A stretch of DNA of 64,000 nucleotides, taken from sequence record SRR31156797_5325, one strand, 5' to 3'. Positions 19,071-28,111 of this stretch are shown piece after piece. Both the position numbers and the translations under genes were made by a program. The notes under the pieces are model-generated. The model was not told the DNA's origin. It made no database searches and worked only from the letters and a program-made list of their open reading frames with translations. Within the stretch, counting starts at the first letter, position 1, and each line of letters opens with the position of its first letter.

Positions 19071-19156
19071 TATCTTTCAAGAAAGATACTTGATCTAAAC
19101 TCAAACACCAATTACTTTATAAAAAGTATCTTACGTAAAAGATACTTTTTATAAAG
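19071..19156. promoter_or_regulatory. Two PecS-type operators TATCTT-N6-AAGATA
   Basis: 19071-19088 TATCTT-tcaaga-AAGATA and 19127-19144 TATCTT-acgtaa-AAGATA; the second lies within a perfect 18-bp inverted repeat (19115-19156). Confidence 0.85.
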
Positions 19157-19173
19157 ATTAATAAGGCGTAAAC

Positions 19174-20076
19174 ATGAAAAGATTACATCAGCTAACAACC
19201 ATAGGTTTAACCGCAGTCGCGCCTATCGTGTGGGGAAGCACTTATATAGTAACGACTGAGTTACTCCCACCAGAGAGCCCATTACTGGCATCGACCCTAA
19301 GGGCTCTGCCCGCAGGCCTGTTACTGGTATTGATGAGCAAAACGCTACCCAACGGAAAATGGTTAATACGGCTTGCACTGCTGGGGCTTTTAAACATAGG
19401 TTTGTTCTTCTACTGCCTGTTCTTTGCTGCAACGTATCTACCCGGCGGTACCGCATCGATGGTGATGTCGCTTCAACCCATTGTTGTCATCCTACTCAGT
19501 TGGAAGTGGCTTAACTCCGACCTGTCATTTCACCACTGGATAGCCAGTGGAACCGGGATACTAGGTATCGTTTTGCTGGTCACGAGCGGCTCTGCTCAAC
19601 TTAATTTTGTGGGAATCGTGGTCGCAGTGATTGGTACCTTGAGCATGGCCAGTGGTGTAGTACTCACCAAAAAATGGGGACGACCACCGCAAATGACATT
19701 ACTGGCCTTTACTGGTTGGCAGCTGCTTTTTGGTGGAATGCTATTACTGCCTATCGCGCTATCGGTTGAAGGATTGCCTGATCATTTAAGTTTGCCCAAC
19801 TACCTCGGTTATCTGTACCTAAGTGTTATTGGAGCAATCGTTGGCTACTCGTTGTGGTTTCGTGGCATCGAAAAACTCCCACCGATTACGGTGTCGTTTC
19901 TTGGTTTTTTAAGCAGTATTTCAGCTTGTGTGCTGGGCTACATCGTACTCGATCAAACGCTGACTTGGCTGCAGATTGTCGGTGCGGTCTTTGTCTTAAT
20001 CGCTATCGTCCTTGCGGCTCCTCGCATAACTCAACCACCCAAAAAACAAACAACCCAATCTCTTTCTACACTTTAA
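19174..20076 (+). CDS. pecM: EamA/DMT family exporter, PecM-like
   Basis: 300 aa, about 10 TM; TAVAPIVWGSTYIVTTELLP, RALPAG, LTKKWGRP; divergent from pecS. Confidence 0.8.
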   Translation: MKRLHQLTTIGLTAVAPIVWGSTYIVTTELLPPESPLLASTLRALPAGLLLVLMSKTLPNGKWLIRLALLGLLNIGLFFYCLFFAATYLPGGTASMVMSLQPIVVILLSWKWLNSDLSFHHWIASGTGILGIVLLVTSGSAQLNFVGIVVAVIGTLSMASGVVLTKKWGRPPQMTLLAFTGWQLLFGGMLLLPIALSVEGLPDHLSLPNYLGYLYLSVIGAIVGYSLWFRGIEKLPPITVSFLGFLSSISACVLGYIVLDQTLTWLQIVGAVFVLIAIVLAAPRITQPPKKQTTQSLSTL

Positions 20077-20091
20077 ATAGGAACTCATACT

Positions 20092-20685
20092 ATGAAAATT
20101 ACCATTGTCTCTGGAAGCCAACGTTCAAACTCGCAAAGTCTATCTGTGGCTCGCTATTTAAAGTCACTGTGTTCGACACCTTTTGATACCGTCAACATTC
20201 TTGATTTGTACGAGCTTAACCTACCATTCTGGAATGAAGGCGTTTGGCAAAATACCGAAGAGTGGCAACAATGGACGCCAATTTCTGAGTTACTCAAACA
20301 ATCAGACGCTGTGGTTCTGATAACCCCCGAGTGGCATGGTATGGCCACGCCAGTACTGAAAAACTTTCTGCTACTTACGACAGATGAAGAACTCGCTCAC
20401 AAACCCGTGCTACTGGTCAGTGTCTCGGCAAGCGTGAATGGCGTTTACCCTATTAGCGAACTGCGTATGACAGGCAACAAAAACAACCACGCTTGTTTTT
20501 TACCGGATCACCTTATATTTCGTAATGTCGATCAGTTGCTAACAGATAACAATCAGTGTACGGATTCCCATATGCATGAGCGAAGCCAATACACTATCGA
20601 TTTACTGGCTAGTTACGCACAAGCTCTCGCTCCGGTACACCGTGATATGGTTTCCGTTGGTAAACCGTTTCGTTACGGTATGTAG
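20092..20685 (+). CDS. NADPH-dependent FMN reductase family protein
   Basis: 197 aa; SGSQRSNSQS phosphate loop, ITPEWHG...LKN flavodoxin-fold motif; 15 nt after pecM. Confidence 0.85.
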   Translation: MKITIVSGSQRSNSQSLSVARYLKSLCSTPFDTVNILDLYELNLPFWNEGVWQNTEEWQQWTPISELLKQSDAVVLITPEWHGMATPVLKNFLLLTTDEELAHKPVLLVSVSASVNGVYPISELRMTGNKNNHACFLPDHLIFRNVDQLLTDNNQCTDSHMHERSQYTIDLLASYAQALAPVHRDMVSVGKPFRYGM

Positions 20686-21222
20686 CGACTGCGGCTTAAG
20701 GCATTATCTATTTTTTCTAGCTGACTTTTCTTGGCTTCCCACACTGGGTAAGTTCAGATAAGTCAGCCAGCCATAGTTAGCCACGTTTTTGCATTATCAG
20801 TCGTAAAAAAGCAAAGAGAAGAAGCTGGCTACACAAAATCTATGCATTCACAGAATCAACTCATTCACAATCTCAGCACATTCTCGGCAAACTCGGTTTC
20901 AAACCATGTGGTTCAGGAGAATATCAAAACATGCCAGTGAACTACTTTATAAAAATTCTCTAATTGTATTAGGGCTTTAGATTACGATGCTAAAGCCCTA
21001 ACCCTACCAATTAAAAACACTGCGTTGATAATCACTCAACATTTCCCTAATTGTTTCGAACTGCGAGTAAGGTAATAATTACATCACAGCGAAAGAGCTG
21101 CTAGAAATTAAACAGGAAAGGAAATAAATAATTTATTTTCGTCCAAATTAAAAATTTAATTGTAAGTCATAAAGCCTAAATTAAATTTCAAAACTAAATA
21201 AATATTTTAAAAGGAAACTATC

Positions 21223-21564
21223 ATGAAAAAATTAATCGCTCTAACTGCAGGTCTATTACTCACAACTTCTGCATTTGCTTCTACTTTTACTGTTAGCCAA
21301 AACAGCACAATTAAGACCGACAGTTTTCAAACTAAAGCGGAAGCCTATAACGCAGGGTTTGACTTAACAGATGCTCTAAAAGAAATGGAAAACTCACAAC
21401 TTCGTAAAGAACTTTCTTTATGGGCATACAACTCGGTAAACGATATCACTATTGATGATAGCCAAGTGGTGATTCAAGAGACGGCAACAGAACGTGGCAA
21501 CATTGAATACCGTGCAATTATTAACCTTGGTTACCACTTCAATGCACACGAAAGCAGAAACTAA
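21223..21564 (+). CDS. Exported small protein, DUF3316-like (copy 1)
   Basis: 113 aa; Sec signal ending SAFA; TKAEAY..G motif and C-terminal YRAIINLGYHF beta strand; AAGGAA RBS. Confidence 0.65.
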   Translation: MKKLIALTAGLLLTTSAFASTFTVSQNSTIKTDSFQTKAEAYNAGFDLTDALKEMENSQLRKELSLWAYNSVNDITIDDSQVVIQETATERGNIEYRAIINLGYHFNAHESRN

Positions 21565-21861
21565 GTGTTATTGATTATGCGATCTATCATCCGACGTTGA
21601 ATGTACAGGTTTACCAAATATTAACTCTGTGCATTCATGTCTGATGCACTTTACAAAAAACCAAACTAAATCAGGTTGATGTAAATAATAAAAGTCACCA
21701 TGCTGATTGATTGGATATTTATATGTCTCTTTGTATTAATAGTTAATGTTCAAGAGGGAATATATAAATATCCAGATAATTAGCCAACAAGATAAAAATA
21801 AAGTAGTCAGACTTAAAATCAAATTAAAACTATCAAGTTATAAATTCAAAAGGAAACTATC

Positions 21862-22203
21862 ATGAAAAAATTAATCACTCTAGCAACAGGCCTATTATTA
21901 GCAACATCTGTGTTCGCTTCAACAACCACAGTGACCCAAACTAAATCTTTTAAAACAGACGGCTACCAAACAAAATCTGAAGCATACGACGCAGGATTCG
22001 ATTTAACAGACGCTCTAAAAGGCATGGACAACTCACAGCTTCGTAGCGAACTGTCTTTATGGGCATACAACTCTGTCAATGGCATTGTTATTGACGGTAG
22101 CCAAGTCACAGTGCAGGAAACGGCGACCGAGTTAGGTAAAATCGAATACCGCGCCGTTGTTAATCTCGATTACCACTTTAATGCTCACGAGAGCCGTAAC
22201 TGA
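21862..22203 (+). CDS. Exported small protein, DUF3316-like (copy 2)
   Basis: 113 aa; ungapped paralogue of 21223-21564 (85/113 identical by manual count); same AAAAGGAAACTATC-ATG leader. Confidence 0.65.
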   Translation: MKKLITLATGLLLATSVFASTTTVTQTKSFKTDGYQTKSEAYDAGFDLTDALKGMDNSQLRSELSLWAYNSVNGIVIDGSQVTVQETATELGKIEYRAVVNLDYHFNAHESRN

Positions 22204-22307
22204 TTGATATTGATCGCCCCCTGAATACGCAGATTGCGCTCAACACCCATTCTGCGTATTCGCTCTGTCTCTGCAATAACAGTCATCGCTTCGCTTGCTG
22301 GTTATTT

Positions 22308-22877
22308 ATGGATATCTTCATGCAAATGGTAAACGATAAAATCTGGATAAATTCCGAAACAATATTTGATGTCGAACGACGCACTTTAATCAATAAAGAG
22401 AACCAAAAATGCACATTAGGTGAGAATGAGTTCAGAATTCTACAGTTAATGGCAACAAAGCCAAACAGAGTGATTACCCGGGACGAGATACACCACCACG
22501 TATGGAAACGCAGAGGTGCAAACGTTGACGATTCCAGCCTGACCCAAGCAATTTCCTCCTTAAGAAAATGCCTCGGCGATTCTCCTAAAAAGCCCAGATA
22601 CATAGTGACGGAACCCAGAGTCGGCTACAAATTCATTGGTAAACTGAATTCAGCTGAAGACTTTGAGCATTCTTCAATTGATCCACTTAACGAAAAAACA
22701 CAAGTGCCCACTTCCCACCGATTAAACACAAATCGGTTCCAAGCTTTACAGCAGAAAAACTGGTATTACATCATCGCATCATCTTTACTGGCACTAACAG
22801 CATCTTTAGTTCTGCTTAATGTAGACGACTCGCAAGCCACACTATTATATTTATCCAAAAAGATCAGTTTGTTTTAA
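22308..22877 (+). CDS. ToxR/CadC-like membrane-anchored winged-helix transcription regulator
   Basis: 189 aa; LGENEFRIL, SLTQAISSLRKCLGDS, IVTEPRVGYKF wHTH; one TM near the C-terminus; almost no periplasmic domain. Confidence 0.85.
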   Translation: MDIFMQMVNDKIWINSETIFDVERRTLINKENQKCTLGENEFRILQLMATKPNRVITRDEIHHHVWKRRGANVDDSSLTQAISSLRKCLGDSPKKPRYIVTEPRVGYKFIGKLNSAEDFEHSSIDPLNEKTQVPTSHRLNTNRFQALQQKNWYYIIASSLLALTASLVLLNVDDSQATLLYLSKKISLF

Positions 22878-22892
22878 TCAATAACTATGAAT

Positions 22893-22917
22893 ATAGCACC
22901 ACTAATGTGGTGCTATT
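22893..22917. terminator. Terminator hairpin between convergent genes
   Basis: ATAGCACCAC-taat-GTGGTGCTAT. Confidence 0.7.
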
Positions 22918-23011
22918 TACAATGACTTCCTTTGTTGGAGTCGATTATCGCAGATACATTGATACTGTGTTAACTCTATAACTAAGCCATTTGGATGGCT
23001 AAATTTGTAAC

Positions 23012-24127
23012 TTAAAATGTGTCACTATAAACTTTTATAAGATCATCAAGTGAAAGTTTCACATAACTGTTCTTTATTAATTTTTGTTGATTATCTACAA
23101 CACTATTAGCAAATTCGACAATTTCATTTTCAACCATCCCAAAAGAAGTTAACTTCTGCTTCTTCCAGATACAGTTAAATAATTCATCTAATTCAGAATA
23201 AACATCGTTTTCATCAACATTTAATATCGAAGCAATCAATTTATTAAAAGCTTTAATTTTTCCTTCAGGCGCTTTCTCACTGTATATTTTAAATACCGGT
23301 GTGAAAAACTCGTAATTACACTCTCCATGTGCAACGTGATATTTTGTTCCAAGCGGGTATGCAAGTCCGTGAACGACACCGACTCCGGCATTACCAAAGG
23401 CAATTCCGGCGTAGTTACTGCCAATTAAGAAATCTTCGATTATCTCTGAATAATATTCAGTACCTTTTTCTTTTAAAGTCATAAAACCTTGCAATATGAG
23501 CTCTATGGCTTTTTCAGAAAATAATTCCGTATATGGGTTGGCGTTAGGCGCAACATAAGATTCTGCCGCATGAACCAGCGCATCAATGGTGCTGAATGCG
23601 AAAACCTTATAAGGCATATCTTTCAATAATTCGGGAATCAAGACAGCGTGGTCAGGCAAAAACTCAGGAATAGCCGTACCCATTTTTGTGCCTTTAGACG
23701 TAATCTCAGCCACTGAAATCGCGGTTACTTCACTACCGGTCCCACACGTTGTTGGAATGGCAATAAACTCTCTGGTCTTATTGAAATCGATTTTATTTTC
23801 AAATACTTCAAGACAATCATTCAAGCCCTCAAGAACCAAAAACTTCGCGATATCCATAACAGCACCGCCGCCAATCGCGACAACTCTGTCATAGTCATAT
23901 TGAGCAGCTTCTTTGATAACACTGTTAATGATCTCGTCAGACGGTTCACCTGTACCATATTTTTTAGGTGAAATAACAATGCTCTTCAGATTTAACTGGC
24001 TGATAAACGGTGCATAAGTGGAATTATTGACGACCAGAATGTCTTTCTCACCAAGTTTAAACTCGGACGCAAATTCACTAAATTTATCAAATCTATGAAT
24101 TGTCGGTTGGAGTGTGATTAATTTCAT
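23012..24127 (-). CDS. Iron-containing alcohol dehydrogenase, 4-hydroxybutyrate dehydrogenase-like
   Basis: 371 aa; GEPSD, AIGGGAVMDIAK, PTTCGTGSEVT, DALVHAAES, VHGLAYPLG..YHVAHGE; length and N-terminus resemble clostridial 4HbD. Confidence 0.8.
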   Translation of the reverse strand: MKLITLQPTIHRFDKFSEFASEFKLGEKDILVVNNSTYAPFISQLNLKSIVISPKKYGTGEPSDEIINSVIKEAAQYDYDRVVAIGGGAVMDIAKFLVLEGLNDCLEVFENKIDFNKTREFIAIPTTCGTGSEVTAISVAEITSKGTKMGTAIPEFLPDHAVLIPELLKDMPYKVFAFSTIDALVHAAESYVAPNANPYTELFSEKAIELILQGFMTLKEKGTEYYSEIIEDFLIGSNYAGIAFGNAGVGVVHGLAYPLGTKYHVAHGECNYEFFTPVFKIYSEKAPEGKIKAFNKLIASILNVDENDVYSELDELFNCIWKKQKLTSFGMVENEIVEFANSVVDNQQKLIKNSYVKLSLDDLIKVYSDTF

Positions 24128-24142
24128 AATATCCCTGTCTGC

Positions 24143-25477
24143 TTACAACAATTCATTTAACACTTCTTCAAGTGCGTTGAGGAAAATAGCGGCATGTTCC
24201 TGACCAAACGGAAGCGGTGGACGAATTTTAAGAACGTTACCATCAGGCCCGGAAGCACTGATAAGCACGCGCTTCTGACGCAATGCATTCACAACTTGAA
24301 TCGCCAATTCACCATCAGGCTCTTCTGTCTCTTTGTCCTTAACGAATTCTAATCCGAGAAATAACCCAACACCCCGCACATCACCGATGACAGAGAACTG
24401 CTGTTGCAATCGACGCATACCTTCGAGCATATGACACCCCGTCGCATGCGCATTTTCCATCAGTTTCTCGTCCTGAATAATATCCAGCACAGCAGACGCA
24501 GCCGCTAAAGAAACGTGGTTGCCACCAAACGTATTGAAATAACGAACCAGATTACCGAAGCGATCCTGAATATCAGCCTTCATAACTGCAGCAGCAATCG
24601 GAAGACCATTACCCATAGGTTTACCCATTACCGCGATGTCAGGCACAATGCCATGTCGCTGGAAGCCCCACATATGTTCGCCTGTGCGCCCAAATCCGGG
24701 CTGAACTTCATCGGCAATATAAAGCGCTCCGGCTTTATGTACCACTTCCACTGTTTTTTGTAAGAAACCGGCAGGATCAGCGAAAATGCCATCAGTGGAA
24801 AAAATACCATCAGCGATAAATGCCGCAGGTTTAATACCATGCCGGATCATAGTGTTAATGGCGTGCTCTACATGCTCAGCCAGCACCTCTCCCACATCTC
24901 GGCCATTAGCCTGACGAACATCTGGTGCCGGGACAGTAAACACATGCTGCCCGATAGGGACACTCGGCCCAATCGACGGTGATATTTCAGCAGAAGCCGC
25001 CGTAACGCCATGATAAGCGTTCTCGGTAATGATAACCCCCGTGCCACCGGTATAGTGTTTGGCCACACGAAGAGCCAGATCTACCGCTTCACTGCCCGTA
25101 CATGTGTACATCACTCGCTCTAATTCCGGCGGAAATGTTGCCAGTAACCGTTCGGAGTAGTTAAGAATATTTTCATCAAGATAACGCGTATGTGTATTCA
25201 GTATTGCTGCTTGTTTCGCAACGGCCTCCACCACTCTAGGATGGCAGTGCCCCGCTGACGGAACATTGTTATACACATCTAGATAGGCGTTATCTTGCTC
25301 ATCATAAAGCCATACCCCTTCCGCTCTGACCGGGTGGAATGGTTCTTGATAAAAAAGACGATAAGCAGGCCCCAGTATTGACTGACGTCGCTCTATTAAT
25401 GCCCGGTCTTGTTGCGACAAATTGGCTGAATTTGCCGGATCAAAGCCATTTATCATCCCGGAACTGGACTTAGCCAT
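24143..25477 (-). CDS. Class III PLP enzyme, ETNPPL/PHYKPL (phospholyase)-like
   Basis: 444 aa; YLDVYNNVPSAGHCHP, LNTHTRYL, IADEVQPGFGRTG, MGKPMGNG, YFNTFGGN, LKIRPPL; 1-nt overlap with the kinase gene. Confidence 0.85.
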   Translation of the reverse strand: MAKSSSGMINGFDPANSANLSQQDRALIERRQSILGPAYRLFYQEPFHPVRAEGVWLYDEQDNAYLDVYNNVPSAGHCHPRVVEAVAKQAAILNTHTRYLDENILNYSERLLATFPPELERVMYTCTGSEAVDLALRVAKHYTGGTGVIITENAYHGVTAASAEISPSIGPSVPIGQHVFTVPAPDVRQANGRDVGEVLAEHVEHAINTMIRHGIKPAAFIADGIFSTDGIFADPAGFLQKTVEVVHKAGALYIADEVQPGFGRTGEHMWGFQRHGIVPDIAVMGKPMGNGLPIAAAVMKADIQDRFGNLVRYFNTFGGNHVSLAAASAVLDIIQDEKLMENAHATGCHMLEGMRRLQQQFSVIGDVRGVGLFLGLEFVKDKETEEPDGELAIQVVNALRQKRVLISASGPDGNVLKIRPPLPFGQEHAAIFLNALEEVLNELL

Positions 25478-26556
25478 TATAGTGCCTCCTTGCTAAAAAT
25501 TTCCGCAAAACGCGCGGTCGCTTTATCGCGTCCGACCGCTTCAATTAAATCTAATTGAGTAGCCAGTGTTGGCCAGTAGCGAGTCAGGTGTTCACGCTGA
25601 TCAGGGAAGATGCTCGAACGCCAGGCTGCAATGGTATAACGCATTACAATACGCATAATTATGGCTGGATAAAGGAGGTTAATTTCCAACGGAGTCAGCT
25701 GCTTAAGGGAGGCATATCCTTGTAAACAATCACACGCTTCATCAAGCCAGTTCTCATCTGTACCAATCTGATAAGAGACGGCGACAGCCAGGTCGAATAA
25801 GGCAGGGGCTTTAACCATGTCGCCAAAGTCAATAATTCCGCATATTTCCTCTGGATTCGCTTCATCAATAAGAATGTTATTGGGATTAAAATCGTTATGA
25901 ATAACCTGTGTTGGTAGCTCCTCCATCACGGGTACAATATCGCTTTCGAAAGTACTAATTGCGCTTTCAAGACGTGAGCGCATAGTAAGATCATCGACAT
26001 GCGGCAAAAACTCTCGCATCACCGCGGAATGTTGCATATCCCAAATGATAGGCGGAAGCAGCGAATCGTATTTAAAACCTTCCAGTGCCAACTGCAAACG
26101 AGCAAGCATTTGAACAGCGTTATAGCGCTGCTTAGAGGAGGATTCTGAATCTGTCTGAGCATTTCCGGGAACGAAAGTCACCAAACGAACACTTCGCTCC
26201 TGCCCTGCACTGTCAGTTATACGAAAATCGGCTTCACCATCCAGTGACGGAATGACCCGCTGAAGCGGTATACCAGAATCTTTCTGTTCGACTTCCAGTA
26301 ATGCCTGACTGTGAAAACGAGTCACAACCGACGATTCGCCTGGATTCAAAATCTTCAGCAAATAGTGAGTACCATCCGCCAGTGTGAGTTGATAATTGGA
26401 GTCTTTCTCTCCCCACAACCATTCCGCACGCCCTTCAAGCCCATATTTCTCAAGAGCGATGGCTTCAGCTTCCTCTGGTTGAACAATAACGGCATCGGTT
26501 TTTAACTCCGCTCCGAACTGTTCTAAATCGAGCGATTGAGCAGCTAGTATCGTCAT
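25477..26556 (-). CDS. Aminoglycoside-phosphotransferase-fold kinase, hydroxylysine kinase (HYKK/AGPHD1)-like
   Basis: 359 aa; GEKDSNY, YLLKI, VRLVTFVPG, QVIHNDFNPNNIL, GIIDFGDM. Confidence 0.85.
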   Translation of the reverse strand: MTILAAQSLDLEQFGAELKTDAVIVQPEEAEAIALEKYGLEGRAEWLWGEKDSNYQLTLADGTHYLLKILNPGESSVVTRFHSQALLEVEQKDSGIPLQRVIPSLDGEADFRITDSAGQERSVRLVTFVPGNAQTDSESSSKQRYNAVQMLARLQLALEGFKYDSLLPPIIWDMQHSAVMREFLPHVDDLTMRSRLESAISTFESDIVPVMEELPTQVIHNDFNPNNILIDEANPEEICGIIDFGDMVKAPALFDLAVAVSYQIGTDENWLDEACDCLQGYASLKQLTPLEINLLYPAIIMRIVMRYTIAAWRSSIFPDQREHLTRYWPTLATQLDLIEAVGRDKATARFAEIFSKEAL

Positions 26557-26624
26557 GATTATCTTTCCTTTGAATATAACTTGTACTTAGATTTCCCCGG
26601 GAGCAAACCGGGAAGAAATCAAAT

Positions 26625-28055
26625 TTACTTAGGCTGAACCGGAACAAGAGGGAATTTCTCCGGATACGCATTCTGATAAGCTGCAGCAAGACGTAATACG
26701 ATGTCATCACGGTAGCTTGGACCGACAAACTGTAAACCGATAGGCAAACCAGCTTGGTCAAAACCACACGGAACAGAAATAGCAGGCTGCTCTGTCATGT
26801 TGAATGGGTAAGTAAAAGGTGACCAGTCTGACCAATCCTTACCTTCAATACCTCCAGGGAAATCCACACCAGCTTCGATGGCTGTTAACGGCATGGTTGG
26901 CAACATTAATGCGTCGTACTTCTCATGGAAAAGTGCCATTTTGACTTTCAAATCAGCTCGAACCTGCTCGGCATCAATATATTCACTCGCGGTGATCAGG
27001 CGTCCTTTTTCACAAATACTGAGTAAACCGGGATCCATCAGTTTGAGTTGTTCGTCTGTTGGCCCTGCTAAGTCAATCGTACGCGCTTCAGCGGCATACC
27101 ATAGTGTCAGCAACGCATCCTGAGGATTTGAAAATCCAGGATCGATTTCTTCGACAATCGCCCCCATATCAGCAAGTCTCTTTGCCGCTCTTTCAACCGC
27201 CGCCGCAACCGCTGGTTGCACCTGTGCGTAACCTAAATTGCGGCTATAGCCAATTTTCATTCCTTTTACAGAATTCGTTTTCAAAGCAGAATGCCAGTCA
27301 GGTACTGCTGACGGACAGTAACCATAACGTGATGTAACGGCAGGCCCTGTTGTTGCGTTCATGAACAAAGCAGAATCTTCAACAGTACGTGTTATCGGGC
27401 CTCGGTGAGCCAGTTCAAACAAAGGTGTTGGTGTATCAAAAGGAATCCAGCCATAAGTCGGCTTGATACCAACCACACCGCAGAAAGAAGCCGGAATACG
27501 AATGGAGCCAGCGCCATCAGAACCTTCGTGCAACACCCCCATATTCAATGCAGCAGCAACAGCCGCACCGCCTGAAGAACCACCTGAAGCTCGATCTGTT
27601 CCCCATGGGTTTACTGTGTTGCCAAAGGCCGGACCATGTGTCACCCCTTTCCAAGCAAACTCAGGAGCAGTTGTTGTTCCCAATACAGTCACACCAGCAC
27701 CCCGAAGGCGGTTCATGATCAGGAATTCCTGCGTTGCCGGCTCTGTCTGTCCCAATACAGAACCACGACGTGTCGGTACCCCCTTCACAGGTGTCATCTC
27801 TTTAATCGTAGTCGGAATACCATCAATCGGGCTTAAAGGAGCCCCCTTACGCCAGCGGGCCTCAGAAGCACGAGCCTCTGCCATCGCCAGCTCCGGCACA
27901 ACATGCGCAAACGCATTCACTTCAGGGTTAAAACGTTCAATACGCTCCAGTGAAGCTTTCGCCGCTTCTACCGGAGATGCTTCGCCTGAAGCATAAAGGG
28001 TGGATAACTCTACAGCGGTCATCTCGCCGAGATCTGTTTGTACCAAAGTATCCAT
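26625..28055 (-). CDS. Amidase signature family enzyme
   Basis: 476 aa; GIPTTIKE, SGGSSGGAA, GSDGAGSIRIPAS (Ser-cisSer-Lys triad). Confidence 0.92.
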   Translation of the reverse strand: MDTLVQTDLGEMTAVELSTLYASGEASPVEAAKASLERIERFNPEVNAFAHVVPELAMAEARASEARWRKGAPLSPIDGIPTTIKEMTPVKGVPTRRGSVLGQTEPATQEFLIMNRLRGAGVTVLGTTTAPEFAWKGVTHGPAFGNTVNPWGTDRASGGSSGGAAVAAALNMGVLHEGSDGAGSIRIPASFCGVVGIKPTYGWIPFDTPTPLFELAHRGPITRTVEDSALFMNATTGPAVTSRYGYCPSAVPDWHSALKTNSVKGMKIGYSRNLGYAQVQPAVAAAVERAAKRLADMGAIVEEIDPGFSNPQDALLTLWYAAEARTIDLAGPTDEQLKLMDPGLLSICEKGRLITASEYIDAEQVRADLKVKMALFHEKYDALMLPTMPLTAIEAGVDFPGGIEGKDWSDWSPFTYPFNMTEQPAISVPCGFDQAGLPIGLQFVGPSYRDDIVLRLAAAYQNAYPEKFPLVPVQPK

Positions 28056-28111
28056 GAGTATTCCTCTAATTTAATATTCTGTTTTTATTGCGTTTCCGCA
28101 AAAGCACATGC

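Noticed and set aside
24143-25477. Plain GABA aminotransferase (gabT)
   Set aside because: YNNV..GHCHP, NTHTRYL and YFNTFGGN motifs plus coupling to a HYKK-like kinase point to the phospholyase subfamily; transaminase activity is not excluded
27463-27996. 177-aa plus-strand ORF
   Set aside because: Antisense shadow of the amidase signature region; no RBS or family motif
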